A stretch of 64,000 bases of DNA from Reclinomonas americana ATCC 50394 (GCA_048213135.1 PS015009.1:1674001-1738000), one strand, 5' to 3'. Shown: positions 1 through 10,588, numbered from the stretch's first letter. Numbers and translations: made by a program. The notes: generated by a model from the sequence alone, not told the origin.

Positions 1-887
1 AACCGGAATGCTTTTTCCAGGATCTGTATCTCAAAATGTTCCGCTGTAACTGCCGGGTCGCCATCGATATGAAGCGGCGCCAGCCCGGGGTTGTGAATGT
101 GCAGTGTTTTTGTCTGGAAATAACCGACGTCTGTTTTGTGAAATTTCTTATCCTCGTAGGGACGTACCTGGCCGTTATAGATCTGTTTCAGTACAATGTA
201 CAGCATGCGGGCCTTACTCATCTTATTCACGATAACAATATCGAGTAAACCATCGCTGAGGCTGGCCCGGGGCGCAATGGTAAAATTATTGCCGAACTGG
301 TTGCTGTTGGCGATGCTGATGAAAAAAGCGTCTGTTTTCAGATCGTTGTCATCAACAGATAAAGTAAAGGGATAGGGCTTTGCCCTGAAGAAGTTGCGGG
401 CGGATTGTTTGACATAAGTAAGCAACCCTCTTTTTTTCTGCTTCGCGAAGTCGTGCGCCACCTGCGCATCAAAACCAAGTCCGCACAGCATGCAGCTGAA
501 ACGTTTATTGATGTAGAAACCGTCAACCGGGGCGCTGTGTCCGTCAAAGATCACATCCAGTGCTTTTTTAGCGGCTTTCGGAATTTTAGCGGCCAGAGCC
601 AGTCCGTTGCCGCTGCCCATGGGAATGATGCCGATGTTAACTGGAATAGTAAGCAGTGCATTGGCAACCTGGTTTACGGTGCCGTCGCCGCCGCAAACGA
701 TCACGTCGGTGATCTTTTCTTCTTCTATTTTTTGCCGGAGAAAACCGTACTCGCCCTGGGGGTTGGTGTGCATTATCTCGAAAGGGATTTGCCGGGCGGT
801 AGTTTGTTGTTGTATCATCTCCAGCACCTGGGTTTTGTTCCTGGTACCGGAGATGGGATTGATAAAGTAAATGAATCGTCTTGTCAT
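1..887 (-). CDS. Diacylglycerol/lipid kinase family protein (YegS/BmrU type); 3' end runs off the window
   Basis: Not in the ORF track. Manual translation from ATG at 887: MTRRFIYFINPISG...VIVCGGDGTVNQVANAL...IGIIPMGSGNGLA...IDGD, giving the NPxSG, GGDGT and GSGN motifs of DAGK-family kinases. Confidence 0.9.
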   Translation of the reverse strand, partial: MTRRFIYFINPISGTRNKTQVLEMIQQQTTARQIPFEIMHTNPQGEYGFLRQKIEEEKITDVIVCGGDGTVNQVANALLTIPVNIGIIPMGSGNGLALAAKIPKAAKKALDVIFDGHSAPVDGFYINKRFSCMLCGLGFDAQVAHDFAKQKKRGLLTYVKQSARNFFRAKPYPFTLSVDDNDLKTDAFFISIANSNQFGNNFTIAPRASLSDGLLDIVIVNKMSKARMLYIVLKQIYNGQVRPYEDKKFHKTDVGYFQTKTLHIHNPGLAPLHIDGDPAVTAEHFEIQILEKAFR

Positions 888-890
888 ATT

Positions 891-1328
891 TTATTGCCTC
901 CAGAGAGAGCCGATATAATGAACCGACGGCTTCTCTTTGCTCAGGGTATTACCCGGCGTAAGATGCAAATATAACTTCACCGGTTTTCCGGAGATCAGGC
1001 TTTTGAATACTTTTTTATCGGTAAGGATGAACTGGCCTTCGGCGCCAAGGGTTTCATCAACGATAAAGATCTGCTCATCTTTACTGTTCTTTACTTCCAC
1101 TTTACGGAGGTAGCCTTTTTTGAAGCCTTTACCGCTCAGTTGAATGGACAGGCGGTCAACGCTTTTATAGTCTTTCTTTTTATAACCGAGACCGGCGCTG
1201 TCTTTATCATTTTTCATGATGTACTGGCCCGATTTAACGCCATTGATGAACACGTCTACAGTGATCTGGGATTTTGCAGCAAAGGCAAAACCAATAAGGA
1301 TTGCTGCGAATAATAATTTCAATTTCAT
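891..1328 (-). CDS. Hypothetical secreted protein
   Basis: Signal peptide MKLKLLFAAILIGFAFAAKS-Q. Start placed at ATG 1328 because a TATCTTTG -7 box lies at 1362-1369 (minus strand). Confidence 0.75.
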   Translation of the reverse strand: MKLKLLFAAILIGFAFAAKSQITVDVFINGVKSGQYIMKNDKDSAGLGYKKKDYKSVDRLSIQLSGKGFKKGYLRKVEVKNSKDEQIFIVDETLGAEGQFILTDKKVFKSLISGKPVKLYLHLTPGNTLSKEKPSVHYIGSLWRQ

Positions 1329-1540
1329 GGTAATGTTTTTATGTAATGAAAGTTTGGGCGGCAAAGATATAGAAAAGATTTACTTTATATGATACTACTA
1401 AGTGGTAATATTTACATCAAACCCTTGTAAACTGTGGTTTGTATGTTAAAATTTTTACTGATAAATATTTAATTGCAGATAAAGCAGAACTTTAAAAAGT
1501 ATACCCGGTCATTCATTTTAGCCACCTGTTAAACCTTATT

Positions 1541-2146
1541 ATGTCAAAACTAGCCACAGCCGTGTTATGGATCAGTCTCCTATTCACGGCCTGCAACTCG
1601 CCACGCCCCCATCCTGAAGCGGCCCCGGAAACACCGGCAGCCCTGCAGGAAAATAAAAGTTATGAAATAGGTATCAGCAAACGCGGCGGGCACGACCTGG
1701 TAGAAGAACTGTATGATGAACTGCTGAAAAAAGACCAGGAGCTGCAACGGCTGGAAGATATGATAGCCATGCTGGATGAACAGAAGACAGACTCTTTAGC
1801 AGCCTTCCGGGATTACGACAATAAAGTACAATCCTATTACCGTTCCGCCGGAATGCACCTTGGCAATATCAATGATTCTGCCTTACGCATGGAAATAAAA
1901 TCACTGATCGGTAACAGCGAGTCTGCCTATCAGAATAAAATAAGCAGGCACAGCCGGTTGATCGAACTGATCCATGCGAAAGACAGCAGTCTTGCTGACC
2001 TGCATATTGTATTGAAACTGGTGAGGACCATGTCGGTTATGGAGAAGTTCCAGTCTGATCACCTGCCTTCCACCACCCCGGCGGAAATGGTGAACCGCAA
2101 TTTTGACAACGCGATACAAAAGGCAAAAAAACTTTCGGGAAAATAA
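1541..2146 (+). CDS. Hypothetical lipoprotein, helical/coiled-coil
   Basis: Lipobox LFTAC; 201-aa ORF. Confidence 0.75.
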   Translation: MSKLATAVLWISLLFTACNSPRPHPEAAPETPAALQENKSYEIGISKRGGHDLVEELYDELLKKDQELQRLEDMIAMLDEQKTDSLAAFRDYDNKVQSYYRSAGMHLGNINDSALRMEIKSLIGNSESAYQNKISRHSRLIELIHAKDSSLADLHIVLKLVRTMSVMEKFQSDHLPSTTPAEMVNRNFDNAIQKAKKLSGK

Positions 2147-2155
2147 ACCGGCACA

Positions 2156-3205
2156 TTACCATTTCAGCAACACGCTTCCCCAGGTAAACCCGCTGCCGAA
2201 CGCGGCGAGACAAACCAGGTCGCCATCTTTGATCATGCCTTTTTCCCAGGCTTCACAAAGGGCAATGGGTACCGAGGCAGCGGTGGTATTGCCAAACTTT
2301 TGAATGTTGTTGTATACCTGGTCGTCTCTCAGTTTCAGCTGCTGCTGTACAAACTGGGCAATACGCAGGTTGGCCTGGTGAGGTATCAGCATATTGATAT
2401 CCGCAGAAGAAAGGCCATTGGCCTGCAATGCTTCGTTGATGGTCTCAGGAAGTTTAACCACGGCTTTCTTGAAAACAGCCGGGCCGTCCATATAAGGAAA
2501 GTTCTGCGCTTTGTCCACCATTTCGTTGCTCATGAACTGCTGCCCGATCTCTGCCTGGTCGAATTCCGCAACGGGTTGCTCCATCCAGTGATTGGCATGT
2601 GTGCCGGGGTTGTACATGGCCAGTATTTCGGCACTTTCGCCATCGCTGTGCAGGTGAGTGCTTAAAATGCCCTGTTCTTCATTTGTAGTGGGTTGCAGTA
2701 CTACAGCACCGGCGCCATCGCCAAAAATAACGCTTACATTCCTCCCCCGGGTACTGAAGTCGAGACCGAAAGAGTGTTTCTCACTACCCACCACCAGTAT
2801 GTTTTTATACATGCCGGTTTTAATGAACTGATCGGCTACGGAAACGGCGTATACAAAGCCGCTGCACTGGTTGCGTATATCCAGCGCGCCAATCTCTTTC
2901 ATTTTCATTGCCCTTTGCAACAGTACACCGCAGCCGGGAAAATAGTAATCCGGACTTAACGTAGCGAAGATGATGAAGTCGATATCCTGCGGGGTAATGC
3001 CGGCCCGCTCAATGGCAATGGTTGCGGCCTTTACACCCATAGTAGTGGTGGTTTCGCCCATCCTGTCGGCATAGCGGCGTTCCTTTATGCCGGTCCGCTC
3101 CTGGATCCATTCGTCACTGGTATCCATAAAACGGAGCATATCCTGGTTGGTAAATACATTCTCCGGCACATAGTATCCTATGCCGGCAATTTTGGCTCTT
3201 ACCAT
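2156..3205 (-). CDS. fabH: 3-oxoacyl-ACP synthase III (FabH family)
   Basis: DTSDEWIQERTGIKERR, catalytic NQCSG, PHQAN and GNT, C-terminal AFGSGFTWG. Confidence 0.9.
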   Translation of the reverse strand: MVRAKIAGIGYYVPENVFTNQDMLRFMDTSDEWIQERTGIKERRYADRMGETTTTMGVKAATIAIERAGITPQDIDFIIFATLSPDYYFPGCGVLLQRAMKMKEIGALDIRNQCSGFVYAVSVADQFIKTGMYKNILVVGSEKHSFGLDFSTRGRNVSVIFGDGAGAVVLQPTTNEEQGILSTHLHSDGESAEILAMYNPGTHANHWMEQPVAEFDQAEIGQQFMSNEMVDKAQNFPYMDGPAVFKKAVVKLPETINEALQANGLSSADINMLIPHQANLRIAQFVQQQLKLRDDQVYNNIQKFGNTTAASVPIALCEAWEKGMIKDGDLVCLAAFGSGFTWGSVLLKW

Positions 3206-3284
3206 GCAATCGTTGTTTTGCGGCAATTTACAAAATGTAAAGGATTTGCAACTGTTTCAAATGAAACCAATCTGCTGAAAAGTA

Positions 3285-3815
3285 TTAATTCGACCTGACC
3301 ATACCCCTGAGGCAGAAGTCGCCATCGTATACGGGGTGTACCCTTGATTTATAATGAAAGGAAACGGAGTTGCGCAGGGCCTCACTGGTAAAGATCATTT
3401 TATTGGTAAAACTTTCCGCCAGCGGGAGCAGGGAAAGTTTTTCATTTTCCAGTTGCAGTTCGGCGATATAAGTGCGGGACTGTATTTTAATATTGAGGAA
3501 CTGCCGCCCGTCTACGGTAGACATAAAAGCAGACCCGGCAAGCGAATCGGAACTAACGATACGGAATGGACGAAGCTGGTCGAGGTAACCGGTGAAAACA
3601 ATATTGTATTCGGTATCTGTCTTCCTGGACAGAGCCATTTTGATGGTTTCGGATTTATCGGAATCCGGCACTTTAACCTGTGCCGACCAGCTGCCTATAA
3701 GGGCATCTTCCACATAAATATTGGGTGTTTCGTCGATGCCATGAGAGGAGCTGTAAGGACAGGAACAAAGGCTGACCGTAAGTGCAAAAAGCGATATGAC
3801 AGATACAGCTTTCAT
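3285..3815 (-). CDS. Hypothetical lipoprotein
   Basis: MKAVSVISLFALTVSLCSC lipoprotein signal. The longer ORF-track start overlaps the upstream gene and is disfavoured. Confidence 0.7.
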   Translation of the reverse strand: MKAVSVISLFALTVSLCSCPYSSSHGIDETPNIYVEDALIGSWSAQVKVPDSDKSETIKMALSRKTDTEYNIVFTGYLDQLRPFRIVSSDSLAGSAFMSTVDGRQFLNIKIQSRTYIAELQLENEKLSLLPLAESFTNKMIFTSEALRNSVSFHYKSRVHPVYDGDFCLRGMVRSN

Positions 3816-3874
3816 GTAATGTGAAAATAATACCGTGCCCGGAGATGTGCAATAGTAAAAACACTCAATCAGCC

Positions 3875-4804
3875 TCACTTCTTCAGTAACCCACCGATCC
3901 ATCCGCCCGCTTCCATCATCCATGCTATACCTAAATGGACGACCAAACCTCCCCAAATGCTGCCTGTATTGAGGCTGACGATACCTAAAAGTAATCCGCC
4001 GAAGAAGCTGCTGATGGCCTCGCCCATGGGTTTGCCGAAATGGATGCTGCAGTAGAAGCAGGCTACGGGGATGATGCAATGCGTGCCGCAAACCTGCGCC
4101 AGCGCTAGTATGAGGAAACCGCGAAAGAAAAATTCGATGCTGATAAAATCGGAGCCATAACACAGTTCGTATACCGCGTACTTCCAGGCCGGTGGGTTAG
4201 GATACAACTCCGCCAGGAATTTTGCTTTGGGATAGGTATGTAAAAAATCCTTTTGCGTACTCGCCAGCACAATGAGCGGCAGCATAATAAGCAGCATGAG
4301 CAGGTAGGGGTAGATATTGTGCAGCGGGCGGGTACCGTAAAAAGGCTGGTTGTTCCTGTCTTTCAGCCACCAGATGATGAAGACGGGTGCCAGCAGTACG
4401 ATCACCCTTACAATCCAGTTAATGCAGCGCAGGGCAAACTGGCCATTGCTGCCGGGCCAGATTTGCAGCACCAGTTGCTCGTGGAAATCGAAATTGATGC
4501 GGAAGGAAAAAAATGCAGGTGCCAGCAACAGGATGACCCAGAACCAGGCATTGCTGAAATAATGACAATCATTAAAGAACAGGGGTTGCAGAAAAAAGGC
4601 CCCGGCAAAAGGAACAAAATACAACAGGTAATAGCCTGCCATCTGCGCCAGTCTTGTTTTACCGCCCGCCGCGTATTTTCTTTCGAGCAGGTGCCAGTAA
4701 TTAAGATAGATGAGTATGCCCAGCATGAGCAGCACCAGCAGGAAATAAACAGGATTGAATTCCCTGTCGTAATAATCACGTATGTATTTCAGGATGCTGT
4801 TCAA
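3875..4804 (-). CDS. CPBP/Abi (CAAX protease-like) intramembrane metalloprotease
   Basis: Multi-TM protein with EFFFRGF, H-x-GKP-x-x-E and GSIWGGLVVH motifs. Confidence 0.85.
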   Translation of the reverse strand: MNSILKYIRDYYDREFNPVYFLLVLLMLGILIYLNYWHLLERKYAAGGKTRLAQMAGYYLLYFVPFAGAFFLQPLFFNDCHYFSNAWFWVILLLAPAFFSFRINFDFHEQLVLQIWPGSNGQFALRCINWIVRVIVLLAPVFIIWWLKDRNNQPFYGTRPLHNIYPYLLMLLIMLPLIVLASTQKDFLHTYPKAKFLAELYPNPPAWKYAVYELCYGSDFISIEFFFRGFLILALAQVCGTHCIIPVACFYCSIHFGKPMGEAISSFFGGLLLGIVSLNTGSIWGGLVVHLGIAWMMEAGGWIGGLLKK

Positions 4805-4846
4805 CGGAAGACTTTGAAAGGAAAATTACAGGATTCACACCAAAAT

Positions 4847-4875
4847 AAAAACCCCCGCCAGAAATAGCAGGGGGT
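4847..4875 (-). terminator. Probable intrinsic terminator
   Basis: ACCCCC...GGGGGT stem with an A-tract on the left, downstream of the 4898..5719 gene. Confidence 0.5.
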
Positions 4876-4897
4876 AATTAAAACAAGAATGAAGAAC

Positions 4898-5719
4898 TTA
4901 TTTGTAACCGATCCAGGTGCGGTTGTCGATATCAAAAAGCCAGTAAATACCATTGGCATAAGCGAAATTGAACCTGTCGTTCATGGGTGCTTCTTCGGGC
5001 AGGCGGAATACCTGTTGCATGTAACCGTCTTTTTCATTGTACAGTTCAATTTGTCGGTCGTTGATGTTGAGTACACCGATCTCTGATTTGGGGATACCTG
5101 TATAAATGGCTGTGGTGGTGTTGTAACCTTCTTTTTCTTCGTAGCTGTTCTCTTCGTCACCGCCGCCATCACCTTTTTTCCTGCCCCAGTGCAGGGTAAC
5201 GGACTCGTCGGAGTAATCGGCACGGATCTTATAAAAACTCACTTTGCCTGCATCCAGGAAACAGGCAGCCTTGCGGGTGTTGCTGTAGTTGCCTACACTG
5301 TTGTCGTTGGGTTGGAAAGTACCTTCTTTGATGGTTTTATAATCGGTGGGAATGCCTTTGCTGTCGAGCACATAAGCAAACCAGCCAGCCTCGCCATAAC
5401 CGTTGCCGCATATTTTTTGTGTAACCGCATCATACCAGAGTCCGCGGGTATCTACACGAGTGGTGAGTTCCTCATCGGAGAGGCGTTTGCCTTTATCATT
5501 GAATACGCCCATGGGAAATCCAATGTTTCCGGCAAAAGAAGCATAGTATTTTTTCTGAACAGGATGCCAGGCAACAGCAGCGCCGCGGGTGCCGCACAAC
5601 TCATCCCCGGTTTCTTTGGGCATTTTCAGTTCCAGTACTTTTTTAAGGGTTTTGGTTTGTGCCAGTAAGGCTACGGGCACGAAGAGGCTTAACAAAATGG
5701 CTGTGGTCAGGTGTTTCAT
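4898..5719 (-). CDS. Hypothetical secreted protein (beta-rich)
   Basis: Signal peptide MKHLTTAILLSLFVPVALLA-Q; 273 aa. Confidence 0.75.
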   Translation of the reverse strand: MKHLTTAILLSLFVPVALLAQTKTLKKVLELKMPKETGDELCGTRGAAVAWHPVQKKYYASFAGNIGFPMGVFNDKGKRLSDEELTTRVDTRGLWYDAVTQKICGNGYGEAGWFAYVLDSKGIPTDYKTIKEGTFQPNDNSVGNYSNTRKAACFLDAGKVSFYKIRADYSDESVTLHWGRKKGDGGGDEENSYEEKEGYNTTTAIYTGIPKSEIGVLNINDRQIELYNEKDGYMQQVFRLPEEAPMNDRFNFAYANGIYWLFDIDNRTWIGYK

Positions 5720-5795
5720 TTGTATATTTTTTGCAAAAAATAAAAAAAGCCCCGGAATAACAATACGTGTTGATGGGTATTTTAAGAAAAACGGG

Positions 5796-6794
5796 TTATT
5801 TCACGGGATTAAGGGTCTGCCAGAGCAAATCCTTCAGCTCAGTAAGTCCCCTGCCGGTAACGGAAGAAATAAATACATGTGGTATATGAGGCGGTAATTC
5901 CGCGGCGATGCTTTCCCTGAGTTCATCGTCAAGCATATCGCTTTTACTTACAGCGATCACAAAATCTTTCTGCAGCATTTCGGGGTTATACTGTTCCAGT
6001 TCGTTGTGCAGGATGTCGAATTCCTGCTGGTGGTCTTTACTGTCGGCCGGTATGAGGAATAATAAAATGGAGTTGCGTTCAATATGCCTCAGGAAGCGGT
6101 GTCCCAGGCCTTTGCCTTCCGCGGCGCCTTCAATTATACCGGGCAGATCGGCAATGCAGAAGCTTTTGCCATCGCGGTATTCCACCATACCCAGCTGGGG
6201 TGTTAAAGTGGTAAAGGCATAGTCGGCGATCTTGGGCCTTGCGGCGGTAATACTCGATAAAAGGGTTGATTTTCCGGCATTGGGAAAGCCCACCAGGCCC
6301 ACATCGGCCAGCACTTTCAGTTCCAGTATTTTCCAGCCTTCCACGCCGGGTTCACCGGGCTGGGCATATTCAGGTGCCTGGTTGGTAGCTGTTTTGAAAT
6401 TGCTGTTGCCCAGTCCGCCGCGGCCGCCCCTCAGTAAAATGATCTCCTGCCCGTCTTCCAGTATTTCGGCTTCTTTTTCGCCGGTATCTTCATCGCGGGC
6501 AATGGTGCCCAGCGGTACTTCTATAATGATGTCTTTGCCATTGCGGCCCGTGGAATTGTTCTTGCTGCCGCTTTCCCCATCTTCGGCGAGCACATTTTTG
6601 AAATAGCGTAAATGCAGGAGGGTCCACAGCTGGGCATTGCCTTTGAGGATGATATGCGCTCCCCGGCCGCCATCGCCGCCATCCGGCCCGCCTTTTGCAG
6701 TAAGCTTGTTACGGAGAAAATGTTTGCTGCCCGCGCCGCCATGTCCGCTGCGGCAGAATACTTTTATCTGGTCAACAAAGTTCGATTTTTCCAT
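5796..6794 (-). CDS. obgE: GTPase ObgE/CgtA
   Basis: [15 protein letters not shown]bg fold, G1 [25 protein letters not shown]...[12 protein letters not shown]. Confidence 0.97.
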   Translation of the reverse strand: MEKSNFVDQIKVFCRSGHGGAGSKHFLRNKLTAKGGPDGGDGGRGAHIILKGNAQLWTLLHLRYFKNVLAEDGESGSKNNSTGRNGKDIIIEVPLGTIARDEDTGEKEAEILEDGQEIILLRGGRGGLGNSNFKTATNQAPEYAQPGEPGVEGWKILELKVLADVGLVGFPNAGKSTLLSSITAARPKIADYAFTTLTPQLGMVEYRDGKSFCIADLPGIIEGAAEGKGLGHRFLRHIERNSILLFLIPADSKDHQQEFDILHNELEQYNPEMLQKDFVIAVSKSDMLDDELRESIAAELPPHIPHVFISSVTGRGLTELKDLLWQTLNPVK

Positions 6795-6857
6795 TCGGTG
6801 CAAAGGTCAGGAAAAAATTAAAGAATTACCTTTATACCAGTCATTAAAAATGAGGAT

Positions 6858-7259
6858 ATGTATAAATTGATATTGGGTATATGTATTGCCGCTGCCGCCT
6901 GCGGGCCTTCCAAACAAACGGAAGCCACCACCCCGCCGGTAGTGGAAACGATCAATGAACAGCCTTTAATGAAGGATTCCGCCGTTGCGGGCATTCCGGC
7001 CTGCCTCCAAAAAAAGATCGATTCTTTTAATTTGGTGCAAAAGCATGAGCAACCGCAGAAAGTGATACAATATCAATACAAAGGCAAAACGGTGTATTAT
7101 GTACTTTCCCACTGCTGCGACTTCTTCAACGAATTATACGACAGCAACTGCAACCTGATGGGTTACCCTGATGGCGGTTTCACCGGCAAGGGCGACGGCA
7201 AATTTCCTGATTTTGCGAAAGAAGTGAGTAAGGAAAAGCTGATCTGGGAAGCGAAGTAG
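6858..7259 (+). CDS. Small lipoprotein with Cys-containing domain (DUF6970-like)
   Basis: Lipobox AAAC; YxYKGKTVYY, CCDFFNELYDxxC, PDGGFTGKGDGK. Confidence 0.7.
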   Translation: MYKLILGICIAAAACGPSKQTEATTPPVVETINEQPLMKDSAVAGIPACLQKKIDSFNLVQKHEQPQKVIQYQYKGKTVYYVLSHCCDFFNELYDSNCNLMGYPDGGFTGKGDGKFPDFAKEVSKEKLIWEAK

Positions 7260-7264
7260 GGGAG

Positions 7265-7864
7265 TTATTTGTTTTTTGTCTCGTTCCAGGTTTTATACAT
7301 CCGTGTATGCTCCTGCTGCATGGATGAAGGGATTTCCCGCAGCGGTTCGCAGGCCTGCCACCCCTCCGTCATATCTTTTGGCAATTGCTGGTACAGGCGG
7401 GTGCCGTCTGTTTTCCAGGCGATCATTTCATCGGTTACTTCTTTTACAATCTTAGATGGATTGCCTACCACAACACTCCTGGCGGGTACCTCGGTATCGG
7501 CTTTCACCAGCGTTAATGCACCGATGATACATTCATCGCCGATAATGGCATTGTCCATAATAACGGCATTCATCCCGATCAGGCAATTCCTCCCGATAGT
7601 TGCCCCGTGAATGATAGCGCCATGACCAATGTGGCTGTTTTCTTTCAATACAACAGTAATACCAGGGAACATATGAATGGTGCAATTTTCCTGCACATTG
7701 CAGCCATCTTCAATAATGATCTGCCCCCAGTCGCCGCGAATGGCCGCCCCCGGGCCTATGTAACAATTTTTCCCGATGATCACATTGCCGGTAACAGCCG
7801 CCTGCGGGTGAATGAAACTGCTTTCATGCACAACGGGAATATAGTTGTTGAACTGGTAGACCAT
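7265..7864 (-). CDS. paaY: PaaY-like hexapeptide-repeat (gamma-carbonic-anhydrase-like) protein
   Basis: Hexapeptide repeats IGKNCYIGPGA, RGDWG, NVQENC, IGHGAIIHGA; start overlaps the paaI stop (TGATG); paa context. Confidence 0.8.
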   Translation of the reverse strand: MVYQFNNYIPVVHESSFIHPQAAVTGNVIIGKNCYIGPGAAIRGDWGQIIIEDGCNVQENCTIHMFPGITVVLKENSHIGHGAIIHGATIGRNCLIGMNAVIMDNAIIGDECIIGALTLVKADTEVPARSVVVGNPSKIVKEVTDEMIAWKTDGTRLYQQLPKDMTEGWQACEPLREIPSSMQQEHTRMYKTWNETKNK

Positions 7865-8286
7865 CAAATGAGGGATTTGTTGGTACGGAAACAGGTGCCT
7901 TTAAAAAGCGCTACCACATGGTCATTCTGGTTTTTGATGGTGATGTGGTAAAGGCCGGTACTCCTGCCATTGTGTATTTCTATGGCTTCGGCGGTAAGTA
8001 CATCACCCACGTGTACGGGTTTGGTAAAGTTGATGGCTGTGTCCAGTGCTACCGATAATACATTGCGGTTGTTGCAGGCAAAAGCAAAAGCGCTGTCGGC
8101 CATGGAGAAGGCCACGCCGCCGTGTACGATACCGAAACCATTGATCATTTCACTGCGAACGGTGAGGGTAATGCGGCTGTACCCTTCCCTTACTTCAAGA
8201 ACGGTAATGCCCAGCCATTGTGAGAACAGGTCGTGCTCCATCATATGGGCCACTACTTTACCGGCGAGTTCGTCTTTATCCATCAT
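7864..8286 (-). CDS. paaI: Hydroxyphenylacetyl-CoA thioesterase PaaI (hotdog fold)
   Basis: NGFGIVHGGVAFSMADSAFAFACN motif; paa context. Confidence 0.9.
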   Translation of the reverse strand: MMDKDELAGKVVAHMMEHDLFSQWLGITVLEVREGYSRITLTVRSEMINGFGIVHGGVAFSMADSAFAFACNNRNVLSVALDTAINFTKPVHVGDVLTAEAIEIHNGRSTGLYHITIKNQNDHVVALFKGTCFRTNKSLI

Positions 8287-8308
8287 TATTGTTTTGGTTG
8301 ATTATAGT

Positions 8309-9085
8309 CTATTCTCCTTTAAAAACAGGCATTCTTTTTTCAAGAAAAGCCTGAACACCTTCTTTGTAATCGTATGTGTCGGCGGCTTTGCGTTGCAGTT
8401 CATCTTCTTTAGCCAGCTGGCCTTCAAAAGAAATGTTCAGCGAATGGTTCAGCGCCTGCTTGGTATAGGCCAGTCCCTGTGTGGGCAGCTGGGCCAGTGT
8501 TTCAGCGATCTTTATACTTTCGGCTGCGAAAGATTCGTCGGGCAGTACTTTATACAGCATGCCGAGTGATTCCGCTTCGGTTGCGCTTACTTTATCGGCC
8601 AGCATCATCAGGGCGCTGGCTTTCTGGAAACCGATGAGCCTGGGCAGGAAATAGGTTCCGCCGCTATCGGGTATCAGCCCGATCTTACTGAAGGCCTGTA
8701 TAAAAGAGGCTGACTGTGTGGCCACCGCCACATCGCAGCACAAAGCGATATTCGCACCGGCACCTGCGGCTACACCATTCACGGCCGCCACAACGGGTTT
8801 GTTGATGCTGCGGATGCGGCTTACGATGGGGTTGTAGTGTTCTGACAATATTTTATCGATGCCGATGGCATTCTCTCCAACCAGCTCTGCCAGGTCCTGC
8901 CCGGCACAGAAAGCCTTGCCATTGCCGGTGATGTAAATGCAGCGGACATTTTTATCTGCGGCGCAATCATCCAGCAGGAACTGTAGTTCCAGCGCCATTT
9001 CCCGGTTAAAGGAATTGAACTTGTCGGGCCGGTTGAGTGTAAGAATGGCGACGGTGTTGGAGATGGTTTTTAATACTGAAGACAT
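8309..9085 (-). CDS. paaG: Enoyl-CoA hydratase/isomerase, PaaG type
   Basis: LNRPDKFNSF, AFCAGQDL, HYNPIV, NGVAAGAGANIALCCD, GLIPDSGGT. Confidence 0.88.
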   Translation of the reverse strand: MSSVLKTISNTVAILTLNRPDKFNSFNREMALELQFLLDDCAADKNVRCIYITGNGKAFCAGQDLAELVGENAIGIDKILSEHYNPIVSRIRSINKPVVAAVNGVAAGAGANIALCCDVAVATQSASFIQAFSKIGLIPDSGGTYFLPRLIGFQKASALMMLADKVSATEAESLGMLYKVLPDESFAAESIKIAETLAQLPTQGLAYTKQALNHSLNISFEGQLAKEDELQRKAADTYDYKEGVQAFLEKRMPVFKGE

Positions 9086-9090
9086 ATTTT

Positions 9091-9231
9091 AATTACGAAT
9101 TATGAATTACGAATTTTACCCTGAGTGAAGCGAAGGATTTCATTCACAGCGAGGATATTTTAATTGACACATTTGCATAACTTGTCCCGTGCCGGATGGC
9201 CGGGATTTGCACATTTTCACATCCGCACATC
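9091..9231. repeat. Cluster of short periodic and palindromic intergenic repeats
   Basis: AATTACG-AATTATG-AATTACG-AATT (9091-9115); CCCTGAGTGAAGCGAAGG; TGTCCCG...CGGGA hairpin (9183-9205); TTGCACAT-TTTCACAT-CCGCACAT 8-mers. Confidence 0.6.
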
Positions 9232-9233
9232 AC

Positions 9234-9875
9234 CTAGATATCGAAGCTTTTTACTTCCTTGTGATTGAGCAGGAAATGATTAACGGCGTCATAGTTTCTG
9301 TCGGGCGAACTGATCCGGTACAAATAAACAGCATCATTATTTTCTTTCGATACTTTCATACAACGGTAGGTCATATCGTTTTTGCTGAAAAAAACTTCCA
9401 GTTCGGTTTTGAATTTTTCACCAATCGATTCCGTTCGGATGCGGTAGTCTTTTACTTTATGAAAGCGGTTAATGAAACGCTGTACCGGTTCCAGCACAAA
9501 CAATACGATCACCACCATACCCGATACCAATACCGTTAAGGGATAATTATGATAGCCGATGGCCATGCCCAGCGCGGCAGTGATCCAGATCAAAGCGGCA
9601 GTAGTGAGGCCGTTAACGGTAAGCCCTTCCTTAAAGATCACACCGGCACCGATAAAGCCGATACCCGTTACAATATTGCTGGCAATGCGGTCGGGACTGG
9701 CGCTGCTATTCTCCTTGGAAAGAATGGTATATAAACAGGAACCCACACAAATGATGATCATGGTGCGGAAGCCAGCGGGCTTGCTGCGAAACTCTCTTTC
9801 GAGGCCAATGATGGCACCAATAACAAATGCAAACAATACCTGCGCCGCTTCTTCAAAATAAATAGAGATGTCCAT
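9234..9875 (-). CDS. MgtC/SapB family membrane protein
   Basis: IGLERE...AGFRT, DRIASNIVTGIGFIGAG, GLTTAALIW. Confidence 0.92.
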   Translation of the reverse strand: MDISIYFEEAAQVLFAFVIGAIIGLEREFRSKPAGFRTMIIICVGSCLYTILSKENSSASPDRIASNIVTGIGFIGAGVIFKEGLTVNGLTTAALIWITAALGMAIGYHNYPLTVLVSGMVVIVLFVLEPVQRFINRFHKVKDYRIRTESIGEKFKTELEVFFSKNDMTYRCMKVSKENNDAVYLYRISSPDRNYDAVNHFLLNHKEVKSFDI

Positions 9876-9906
9876 ATGGCAAACTAAACAATGAAATTAA
9901 CACCAA

Positions 9907-10416
9907 TTAATGACATTTGAAATAATCGAAAGGTTCCCTGCAGTCTTCACAGCGGTAGAGTGCTTTGCAGGCTGTTGACCCGAAATGGCTGATGAGGGTG
10001 GTATTGGTGGAATGACATTGCGGGCAGGCAACAACAGGCGCTTCGCCTGCCTGGTTATGATAAGGCGCCGCTATGCCATAGGCTTCCAGTTTTTCTTTAC
10101 CGGCATCACTCATCCATTCTGTGGTCCAGGCGGGAGCGAGTACGGTCGTGATCTTTACGTTGGGGTAACCATGCGCTGCGAGTGTCATCCTCGTTTGCAT
10201 AGCGATCATGTCCATGGCCGGGCACCCGGTATAGGTAGGGGTGATCACCACTTCCACCGAATCGCCGTTTTCATCATGATGAAGGATCACGTTGCGCACC
10301 ACGCCCAGGTCCAGTATGGTGAGTACCGGCACTTCGGGGTCGCATACCTCTTCCAGTATCTTCCAGATGGCAGCAACGGGGCCGCTTGTTTTGCTATCGT
10401 TGACAAATGATGACAT
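9907..10416 (-). CDS. paaD: 1,2-phenylacetyl-CoA epoxidase maturation subunit PaaD
   Basis: DPEVPVLTILDLGVVR, TPTYTGCPAM, PAWTTEW, CPQC...FGSTACKALYRC..CREPFDYFKCH. Confidence 0.95.
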   Translation of the reverse strand: MSSFVNDSKTSGPVAAIWKILEEVCDPEVPVLTILDLGVVRNVILHHDENGDSVEVVITPTYTGCPAMDMIAMQTRMTLAAHGYPNVKITTVLAPAWTTEWMSDAGKEKLEAYGIAAPYHNQAGEAPVVACPQCHSTNTTLISHFGSTACKALYRCEDCREPFDYFKCH

Positions 10417-10588
10417 GTAACTGCAAATTTCGGAATTTAAACCCAAAGCAATCCAGGTGAGTCTTAAAGTTTAATCAATACTGCACAGGCCAGCCCGACG
10501 TTTAAACATCAATTCCAGCCTTTCTTCGTAAATTTGCGTTTTGCCTGCCATTTGAAAGATCTTCCCGGATCATAAAGGGTTGTGTACT

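Noticed and set aside
405-974. 189-aa plus-strand ORF, and other long shadow ORFs such as 21091..22101, 23282..24136, 29510..30328, 30790..32085 and 62638..63555
   Set aside because: They are antisense to well-supported genes and show no recognisable motifs.
3816-4163. N-terminal extension of the 3285..4163 ORF
   Set aside because: It overlaps the CPBP gene in another frame; a clean lipoprotein signal starts at ATG 3815.
5796-6794. Truncated ObgE
   Set aside because: The Obg and GTPase domains are complete; short forms without a C-terminal domain are normal in this phylum.
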